NCBI GenBank assembly: GCA_044237895.1
Contig: JBIIEK010000001.1
Coordinates: 2,762-66,761, forward strand
Length of the DNA: 64,000 nucleotides
Reading direction: 5' to 3'
Source of the DNA: Bdellovibrionota bacterium
GTDB taxonomy: Bacteria; Bdellovibrionota_C; UBA2361; OMII01
The notes beneath the pieces were generated by a model. That model had not been told where the DNA came from. It was given only the letters and a program-made list of their open reading frames with translations, and did no database searches. A program made the position numbers and the translations under genes. Every line of letters starts with the position of its first letter. The first letter of the stretch is position 1. Of the stretch, positions 57,514 to 64,000 are shown piece by piece.

Positions 57514-59244
57514 GTGATCTTGGATAGGGTGGATAGCACACCTTCTAATCCCCACCCCGCCGGCCATCCCCTCGCCGGAAAGCTTCCCGTCCCTGAAAAC
57601 CGAAACTCTTCTCCCGATCGCTCCGGTAAACCCCACCAACCGAGCCAACATCAGAGCGGAAACAGCTGCTTCAAGTCGCTCGAAGGCGTCTCTTTTGCCT
57701 CGCTCAGGAGGTATGCACAAGAACACAACGTAGAAATACCTCCGGCACTCTCAGAACAATGGGCCTACCAACAACCTGGCGAACCAGATACCTCCCCGGA
57801 CGGAATCTACAACCAGCTCCCCGAACCCCCTCCGGGCATCTTCGCTATTCTGAAGAATCTCTCGAGTATCGTTCGAAATCAAAATCAATGGATGTCGCAC
57901 TTTCCAGAAGAGTACCACAGCGATATCGCTTTCTTGATCACACACGAATCAGGAAAAAACCTCGCCAGCCACTCGTGCATGGGCGCCTCTCACACTGACA
58001 CGCATCGCACAGCAGATCATACGCGTGGACTACACATTAACTTCTCTATCGAAATCGCCATCGAAATGGCCGAACATCTCGGTCTAAGCGAGAGCGATGC
58101 CCGCGACCTTGTAATAGCGGTAGCGGTTCACGATCAGGGGCACATCTTTGCATCGCACCAATCAGAGACAGCCATTAACTCCTTTCAGGAATACGAAGGA
58201 ACCCCAGGGAACCCGAAGTTCTGTCACGAACACAGAACAAAGGAGCTGCTGAACTCAGATGACTTTGTGCGCCATTTCGGTAAAGAGCGCATCGAGAACA
58301 TGAAATCAGTCTTGTACAACCCGGGCAACCCGATGCATATGTTCATCGACTGGGCGGACCGCCTCGCGTACCTGATCGCAGATTCAATTCACCTCGGCCA
58401 CGAAGACTTAGTAAAGGCCTCGAGCGCCCGTCCAGACTTTATCAGGAGCATGAAGCGACTAGATGACGGCTCGATCGCTCTGACGACGCTCGACGCGGTA
58501 TCAACCCTCATCGATGCACGAGACCTTTTGTACAAAAAAGTATCAGAAGGCCCTGCGGCAACTCTCTTTAAAGCCTTCTTAATTGACGCATATCACCGGG
58601 CGGTAGCTTGGCAGAAAAAGACGCCGACTGAATTTGTTAACATCATCTCCCAAGTATCAACGCCGCAAGCTCGCGAACTCTTCTACCCCGAAGATCGAAA
58701 GAGACTCTATTGCCCACAACAGGCCCCAGAGCTCGCCGTCCCAGTAGATCGTGACCATACGCCAGTAGCACACGTCACTCTGGATATGCTCTCTCCTCTA
58801 GGGAGACAGCTAGCACGAGAAGGAAAGACAACTTCCTCACAAGACTCTACCCCTGGATGTAAAACACCGCGGGCCGGCATGTCGATCTTCGAAAGCACGA
58901 TTAGAAACCACTTCGCTACCATCACCAACATTCCGGGGTATCTCGAGAAGCTCAAGGTACTCATAGGTGTGGCCCACATGCCGCAGAAGCGGTATCACTT
59001 GCAACGGATTACAGATACCGGATCCGTTCAGCCTGTTCTTATTAAGGGCCAGGAGCACTGGGCGCTTTTCGTTGCAACGCCACAAAGCGCCGTCAACATG
59101 ACTCAATTCATCAACACTGAAGTGGCAAACGCGCTTAAGAACGCGGGCCTTATAGATCAAACGCCAGGCAAAGGAAGCAATCCGTCGGCTGTCGAACGTC
59201 TTCTGACGCTCCCTCGGGCGGACCTGTTCACCAACTACAAATAG
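57514..59244 (+). CDS. HD-domain dNTP triphosphohydrolase-like protein (Dgt/SAMHD1 family) with a Pro-rich N-terminal extension
   Basis: HTRGLHINFSIEIAIEMAEHL...IAVAVHDQGHIFASHQSE...FCHEHRTKELL...IDWADRLAYLIADSIH follows the H...HD...D pattern of dGTPase-like HD proteins. The start is uncertain: GTG 57514, or TTG 57520 lying 5 nt after GGAGG. Confidence 0.65.
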   Translation: MILDRVDSTPSNPHPAGHPLAGKLPVPENRNSSPDRSGKPHQPSQHQSGNSCFKSLEGVSFASLRRYAQEHNVEIPPALSEQWAYQQPGEPDTSPDGIYNQLPEPPPGIFAILKNLSSIVRNQNQWMSHFPEEYHSDIAFLITHESGKNLASHSCMGASHTDTHRTADHTRGLHINFSIEIAIEMAEHLGLSESDARDLVIAVAVHDQGHIFASHQSETAINSFQEYEGTPGNPKFCHEHRTKELLNSDDFVRHFGKERIENMKSVLYNPGNPMHMFIDWADRLAYLIADSIHLGHEDLVKASSARPDFIRSMKRLDDGSIALTTLDAVSTLIDARDLLYKKVSEGPAATLFKAFLIDAYHRAVAWQKKTPTEFVNIISQVSTPQARELFYPEDRKRLYCPQQAPELAVPVDRDHTPVAHVTLDMLSPLGRQLAREGKTTSSQDSTPGCKTPRAGMSIFESTIRNHFATITNIPGYLEKLKVLIGVAHMPQKRYHLQRITDTGSVQPVLIKGQEHWALFVATPQSAVNMTQFINTEVANALKNAGLIDQTPGKGSNPSAVERLLTLPRADLFTNYK

Positions 59245-59282
59245 CTCTTTACTTCTGCTGTAGAGCAAGGCAGCTTCCATTT

Positions 59283-60428
59283 ATGCGCGGTTTAGCAAAG
59301 GCCTCCTTGATCATACTCGCAAATGCACTGCTTGGAGGATGTTCCCCCATGACGACTACTCACTCATCTACCAATCGCATACGTGCCACGATCGAAGAAC
59401 GCCCTTTCGGGACAACCAAGGAGGGGCAAAAGGTCTCAGAGTTCGTGCTCACCAATTCCTCAGGGATGCGGATAAGCGTCTTAACCTTTGGGGGAATACT
59501 TAGAACGATCGAGGTGCCCGATCGCGATGGAAACAATACCGATGTAGCTCTTGGATTCGACTCGCTCCCTCCCTATGAGGAGAGACACCCCTACTTTGGG
59601 ACGATAACGGGCCGATTCGCGAATCGGATAGCAAAGGGAACATTTTCGCTTGATGGGAACACCTACAAGCTAGCTACGAACAACGGTCCTAACCACCTGC
59701 ATGGAGGAGTAAAGGGTTTCGATCGTGCATTGTGGAGAGCGAAAACCTCAACTACCCAATCATCTACAAGCGTCTCACTTACCCATGTCAGCCCAGATAT
59801 GGACGAAGGATATCCGGGAGAGGTTAGTACAGAAGTTACATATACACTCACAGACGACAACGAGATCTGGATCTCGTATCGCGCAACAACAACAAAGCCA
59901 ACTCCGATCAATCTGACCAATCACACCTATTTCAACCTTGCAGGAACCGCCGCCTCGAACATCAAAGATCACATCCTTGAAATTGACGCAGAAAAGATAG
60001 TGCCCGTAGATGAAACCTCCATCCCCACAGGAACTCTCAGCTCGGTCAAAGGTACCCCTTTCGACTTCAGAGAGCCCCATATGATAGGGGAGAGAATCAA
60101 CGACGTGGGGATCGGATATGACCACACATATGTACTGAGCTCAGAGCCTAGAAAACTCTCATTCGCTGCTCGATTAGTAGATCCACAATCAGGGAGGGTG
60201 CTCGTCGTCCTTACAACAGAGCCAGGAGTTCAACTCTACACGGGCAACTATCTTAACGGCACTCTCAAAGGAAAGGGTGGATTGAGCTATGGAAAACATG
60301 CAGGGCTATGTCTTGAGACTCAGCACTTTCCCGACTCAGTGAACCAGCCATCTTTCCCATCCACCATTCTTCGGCCAGGCGAGGTCTATACTCAAACGAC
60401 TGTGCTGCGGTTTAGCACCGCGGATTAA
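59283..60428 (+). CDS. galM: Aldose 1-epimerase (galactose mutarotase), probable lipoprotein
   Basis: A lipobox is present (LLGGCSP). Mutarotase motifs are GRFANRIAKGTFSLDGNTYKLATNNGPNHLHGG, YPG, TNHTYFNL and CLETQHFPDS. Confidence 0.9.
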   Translation: MRGLAKASLIILANALLGGCSPMTTTHSSTNRIRATIEERPFGTTKEGQKVSEFVLTNSSGMRISVLTFGGILRTIEVPDRDGNNTDVALGFDSLPPYEERHPYFGTITGRFANRIAKGTFSLDGNTYKLATNNGPNHLHGGVKGFDRALWRAKTSTTQSSTSVSLTHVSPDMDEGYPGEVSTEVTYTLTDDNEIWISYRATTTKPTPINLTNHTYFNLAGTAASNIKDHILEIDAEKIVPVDETSIPTGTLSSVKGTPFDFREPHMIGERINDVGIGYDHTYVLSSEPRKLSFAARLVDPQSGRVLVVLTTEPGVQLYTGNYLNGTLKGKGGLSYGKHAGLCLETQHFPDSVNQPSFPSTILRPGEVYTQTTVLRFSTAD

Positions 60429-60537
60429 GTGACAGCGAATGAGGGTAGAGATGCTGCCCTAAGAGTTACCGAACCGGGGCTACCAGAAAGAGGCTTACCT
60501 CGCCATCTAGGGATAGCTGGCGGCGATGCTCTGCTTT

Positions 60538-60575
60538 AAGGAAAAGTGCCTGAAGGAAAAGTGCCTGAAGGAAAA
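60538..60575. repeat. 15-bp tandem repeat, 2.5 copies (AAGGAAAAGTGCCTG)
   Basis: Perfect copies lie at 60538-60552 and 60553-60567, with a partial third copy. The repeat abuts the 3' end of the minus-strand tRNA-Met. Confidence 0.9.
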
Positions 60576-60576
60576 T

Positions 60577-60654
60577 TGGAAGCGGGGGTGGGATTTGAAC
60601 CCACGACCTCCAGGTTATGAGCCTGACGAGCTAACCGGGCTGCTCTACCCCGCA
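60577..60654 (-). tRNA. tRNA-Met (anticodon CAT), initiator-like
   Basis: The reverse complement reads TGCGGGGTAGAGCAGCCCGGTTAGCTCGTCAGGCTCATAACCTGGAGGTCGTGGGTTCAAATCCCACCCCCGCTTCCA. It is near-collinear with E. coli tRNA-fMet, sharing the GCGGGG acceptor, the TTCAAAT T-loop and a 1:72 mismatch. CCA is encoded. Confidence 0.85.
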
Positions 60655-60863
60655 TCAAGGGTGGTCACAACTAGTCCCACGGGGACCAGCTGAGGTCCGA
60701 GACTATACATGGAGCAGCCCCTCAGTGCAAGCAAGGCCGAGAATAGTCGAAAAATAAGGCACAATCAGCTGCAGATAAACCCTCCAGCTCTCTAATTATT
60801 TGATGGGGATACGGTCTCAATAGTAAGCTCAGAGCGCTGCTAATCGCCTCCAGAGAGTTCTCA

Positions 60864-62615
60864 ATGTCGACTAATCCTAGCGCCCTCGTTTTCGACCCAG
60901 AAAGAAGGGAGTGGCTCGCCTTTGAAACCCCGATCGACTGCATAGAGGCATCCACACTTGATTCGGTTGCGGCAACTCTACGCCACATTGACGAAAGGAC
61001 CCGCCGAGAGCGCCTCTGGGCCGTCGGATGGGTCAGCTACGAAGCGAGCCCTGCTTTTGATCCAGCACTCACTGTTCGACCGGACAACCTCTTCCCACTG
61101 GTATGGTTTGGCCTGTTCAAGGAGCCTACCGTTCTTTCCCAGCTCCCAACCTCTGAGCCAACCGTTCCTCTCGTCTGGTCAAGCTCGATAACTAAGGAGG
61201 AGTACCTCTCGTCTATACGATCGATCAAAGAGCGAATCGGCAAAGGAGACACCTATCAGGTAAACTACACCTTTAGGCTCTCCTCAATCGCGACCGCATC
61301 TCCCCTCTCCTTACTTAAGGAGATGGTCTCTGCCCAAGCAGGAGCGTACAGCTGCCTGATCGAGTCCGATCGTTTTTTGCTCGTTAGCTCGTCACCCGAG
61401 CTCTTTTTTCGCAAAGAAGGCTCAACGATCGTTAGTCGGCCTATGAAAGGCACACGATCACGAGGACGCACGCTTGTAGAGGACGCGGCGACGATAGAAG
61501 ATCTCCGCGGTGCTCCGAAAGACCGCGCCGAAAATACGATGATAGTAGACATGGTGCGCAACGATCTTAGCAAGATCGCGGAACGAAGCTCCGTTCATGT
61601 CACGTCCCTGTGTGAGATTGAGAGATATCCCAACGTCTTCCAGATGACGAGCGAGGTATCGGCTCAATCAACGAGCTCTCTTGTAGACACATTCAAAGCA
61701 CTCTTTCCCCCGGCCTCAATCACCGGCGCCCCCAAGGCGAGCACCATGAAGATCATCGCCGATTTAGAATCGACACCCCGGCGGGTCTATACTGGGACTA
61801 TCGGGGTCATCTCACCGCACGACAAGATGTGGTTTAACGTCGCCATTCGGACCGCGTTACTCGACCGGATGGCAGGCACCATCGAATATGGAATCGGAAG
61901 CGGCGTGGTGTGGGATTCGAGTGGAGAGAATGAATATCAAGAGTGTTTAGATAAGGCGTCCGCGATCACAACCATCTCGTGCCCTCGTGAGGTTTTTGAA
62001 ACTATATTATGGGAGCCAACCTCGCCTCATGGATTCTTCCTCCTTGAGGAGCACCTGACACGGCTCAAAGAGAGCGCTGAGTATCATTCGTACAGCTTCG
62101 ACGAGTCGCTAGCGCGGAAGAGTCTCGCCTCTCTACACGCGGAGTTACGAACGCAGACCTTACACCACCGAGTTCGGCTCCGACTCTCAAGAGGTGGTGA
62201 TATCATTACCGACCACCACGCGCTCACTTCCATCCCGCACCCATACAAGGTATCCCTCGCGCAGGAACCAGTTCATTCACATGATCGCCGACTCTTTCAC
62301 AAAACGTCGGAGCGACAGGTGTACGACGATGCGATTCCCTCAGCCTCTTCCAGCCATGACGTTATTCTCTGGAATGAGCGAGGGGAGATAACCGAATCCC
62401 GGATAGCGAATATCGCTCTAGAAATAGAGGGCACCCTATTTACCCCCCCTATTTCTTGCGGACTCTTAGGTGGATGCTACCGAAAGCACCTGATTGAGAA
62501 GGGCGAGCTACTCGAACGCGTACTGACAAAAGACGATCTTCGACGGGCAACACGAATCGTCTTTCTCAATTCATTACGACGGACTTGGGACGTTGATCTT
62601 ATCGAGACCTTTTAG
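60864..62615 (+). CDS. pabB: Aminodeoxychorismate synthase component I fused to an aminodeoxychorismate lyase-like domain (PabB-PabC)
   Basis: The PabB core reads GDTYQVNYTFRL...PMKGTRSRGRT...KDRAENTMIVDMVRNDL...FPPASITGAPK...RVYTGTIG. The C-terminal roughly 200 aa is class-IV aminotransferase-like (ILWNERGEITESRIANIALEIEGTLFTPP...GLLGGCYRKHLI). Confidence 0.8.
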   Translation: MSTNPSALVFDPERREWLAFETPIDCIEASTLDSVAATLRHIDERTRRERLWAVGWVSYEASPAFDPALTVRPDNLFPLVWFGLFKEPTVLSQLPTSEPTVPLVWSSSITKEEYLSSIRSIKERIGKGDTYQVNYTFRLSSIATASPLSLLKEMVSAQAGAYSCLIESDRFLLVSSSPELFFRKEGSTIVSRPMKGTRSRGRTLVEDAATIEDLRGAPKDRAENTMIVDMVRNDLSKIAERSSVHVTSLCEIERYPNVFQMTSEVSAQSTSSLVDTFKALFPPASITGAPKASTMKIIADLESTPRRVYTGTIGVISPHDKMWFNVAIRTALLDRMAGTIEYGIGSGVVWDSSGENEYQECLDKASAITTISCPREVFETILWEPTSPHGFFLLEEHLTRLKESAEYHSYSFDESLARKSLASLHAELRTQTLHHRVRLRLSRGGDIITDHHALTSIPHPYKVSLAQEPVHSHDRRLFHKTSERQVYDDAIPSASSSHDVILWNERGEITESRIANIALEIEGTLFTPPISCGLLGGCYRKHLIEKGELLERVLTKDDLRRATRIVFLNSLRRTWDVDLIETF

Positions 62616-62689
62616 GTCCTCGCAACCATCTCGCCTCTATGCAGAGATGGCACCGCCACCTTACATCGAAATTGCTTGTTGGCCCTACC

Positions 62690-63700
62690 TCATCCGCGTC
62701 GGCGTGCTGGAGACTTGGGATGTGGACGCGCCGGCCGTCCCCCTTTGCGCCGTGAATCAGAGCGTGGATCAGACCGTGGACCCGATCGCGGACCCGATCG
62801 CGGACCCGATCGCGGACCCGATCGCGGCCCAGGCCGCGGTTTAGACCGCGGACTATCCGCGTCTCGATCCTCACGTCCGCTCTCGTCGCGATCTCTCTTA
62901 AAACCAGGCTTGTCTATCCGAGCATCACGACGCGGCGCTTGGCTTCGAGGAGTTGCTTTTTGATCCTCGGCTTCTGGTTTGAAGGTCATCACCTTTCGAC
63001 GGACCTGGATATATTCCTTTAGTGTCAGGACTCGCGCCTGGCCCACTTGCAGACGACCTATCTTAAACGGCCCGTAGGTAGTTCTCTTGAGCTTCATAAC
63101 GGGATGACCGAGCTTCTCGAACACACGTCGAACAACTCGATTCCTTCCCTCCTTAATAGTCACCTGCACCCAGGTGGTTTTATCGTCAGAGCGAAGCACT
63201 GCCGCATCAGCCTCAACAATACCGTCAGAGAGGCGAACGCCAGAATGCAATTTATCAAGAACTACTTGGCTCACCGACCCCTCGACGCGCGCCTCATAGA
63301 CACGCTCGAAACCGAATCGAGGATGCATCAACCGCTCAGCCATCTCCCCATCATTCGTCAGGATCATCAATCCGGTCGAATCATAATCGAGGCGCCCCAC
63401 CGGAAAATATGATGCGTAATGCTTCGTAAGAAACTGCGCTACCGTTGGACGCCCCTCCGGGTCGCTCAATGTGGATACAACGCCACGGGGCTTGTTCAAA
63501 ACCATAACCCCCTTAGGAGCCGGCCGCACCGGACGTCGATTGACCTCAACCTTGTCCACCTCTGGGTTTATCTTGCGACCGAGCTCGGTAACTACTTGCC
63601 CGTTAACCTGTACCCGCCCCTCTTTGATGAACTGCTCCATCTTTCGGCGAGAACCAACACCACATTCAGCGAGAAACTTTTGGAGGCGAACTTCGTACAT
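62690..63700 (-). CDS. rluB: 23S rRNA pseudouridine synthase RluB-like (S4 domain plus PsuS) with an Arg/Pro/Gly/Ser-rich tail
   Basis: The S4 domain is RLQKFLAECGVGSRRKMEQFIKEGRVQVNG. The catalytic motif is PVGRLDYDSTGLMILTNDG. The tail reads SGPRSGPRSGPRSGPRSDPRSD. It follows scpB, as in many bacteria. The start was set to ATG 63700. Confidence 0.85.
   Translation of the reverse strand: MYEVRLQKFLAECGVGSRRKMEQFIKEGRVQVNGQVVTELGRKINPEVDKVEVNRRPVRPAPKGVMVLNKPRGVVSTLSDPEGRPTVAQFLTKHYASYFPVGRLDYDSTGLMILTNDGEMAERLMHPRFGFERVYEARVEGSVSQVVLDKLHSGVRLSDGIVEADAAVLRSDDKTTWVQVTIKEGRNRVVRRVFEKLGHPVMKLKRTTYGPFKIGRLQVGQARVLTLKEYIQVRRKVMTFKPEAEDQKATPRSQAPRRDARIDKPGFKRDRDESGREDRDADSPRSKPRPGPRSGPRSGPRSGPRSGPRSDPRSDSRRKGGRPARPHPKSPARRRG
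62779..62826. repeat. Perfect 12-bp tandem repeat x4 (GACCCGATCGCG) inside the rluB 3' end
   Basis: Read directly from the sequence. On the minus strand it encodes the (GPRS)4 run of the RluB tail. Degenerate copies flank it. Confidence 0.95.
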
Positions 63701-63710
63701 ACTACAACTA

Positions 63711-64000
63711 CTACTGCACTGGGGCTTGAAGTCCTGCTTCAGCATCCTGCTCTGCTAGAGCATCCGCCTCCGTCACATCTTCATCACCCGAATCATCGTC
63801 ATTAGAGGCATCGTCTTGAGACTCAAGGGCCTCGCCAGGCTCCTTTACAAGAGCTTTTAGGTCACGCAAGGATGGCAATTCCGACAGAGTATTCAATCCG
63901 AAGATTGAAAGGAAGTCCTCGGTCGTTCCATATAAGGCCGGCTGCCCCACCGATGCTTGATAACCGAGAATCTTAATGAGCTTGCGCTCAAGGAGGGTTT
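63711..64000 (-). CDS. scpB: Segregation and condensation protein B; partial, with the N-terminus beyond the right edge
   Basis: The frame stays open to the window edge and reads ...LLERKLIKILGYQASVGQPALYGTTEDFLSIFGLNTLSELPSL, followed by an acidic tail. This is the ScpB C-terminal signature. Confidence 0.8.
   Translation of the reverse strand, partial: TLLERKLIKILGYQASVGQPALYGTTEDFLSIFGLNTLSELPSLRDLKALVKEPGEALESQDDASNDDDSGDEDVTEADALAEQDAEAGLQAPVQ

Noticed and set aside
53545-59244. A canonical Zorya (type I-III) system.
   Set aside because: No ZorC/ZorD/ZorE/ZorF/G-like genes follow ZorAB-like genes on the same strand. The A-subunit tail (about 150 aa) is much shorter than ZorA tails. The pair is kept only as a Zorya-like architecture finding.
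60473-60483. An 11-nt match (ACCGGGGCTAC) to the RAYT-flanking repeat core, located downstream of galM.
   Set aside because: The match is too short to call a REP copy, and the flanks do not match the 47-nt or 24-nt units. It is mentioned only as a hint for a genome-wide search.

Overview
This is a 64-kb chromosomal segment from a Gram-negative, flagellated bacterium. LPS genes (lpxD, kdsB), an sspB adaptor, pntAB, Tad-type pseudopilins and a fliK-flgD-flgE hook operon support that; the lineage cannot be fixed without a database search. I support about 58 protein-coding genes and 2 tRNAs: tRNA-Phe(GAA) on the plus strand and an initiator-like tRNA-Met(CAT) on the minus strand. There are no rRNA genes and no CRISPR array. 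Most genes are housekeeping: metF, rsmE, mgsA, alr, a giant class-A PBP-like protein, pheA, rplM-rpsI, htrA, map, an acyl-CoA dehydrogenase, meaB, galM, a pabB-pabC fusion, rluB and scpB. Six accessory or unusual patches stand out. (1) A glycan-modification cluster lies just downstream of tRNA-Phe, with an epimerase, a radical-SAM/SPASM enzyme, a GT-B glycosyltransferase and two convergent two-domain FkbM methyltransferases. (2) An HUH/Y1 (RAYT-like) transposase sits between htrA and lpxD, bracketed by inverted arrays of perfect tandem repeats. (3) A tadE-tadG-like pair is followed by an FG-GAP secreted protein, with no other tad genes nearby. (4) A MotA/ExbB-like plus MotB/OmpA-like pair carries coiled-coil extensions, giving a stator or Zorya-like architecture. 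(5) Beside that pair is a protein with a GDPH autocleavage-type motif (DUF1521/MIIA-like), whose N-terminal architecture resembles that of a second protein 36 kb away. (6) An HD-domain dNTPase-like protein has a Pro-rich N-terminal extension. All functional calls rest on motif recognition in the supplied translations. No homology searches were run.
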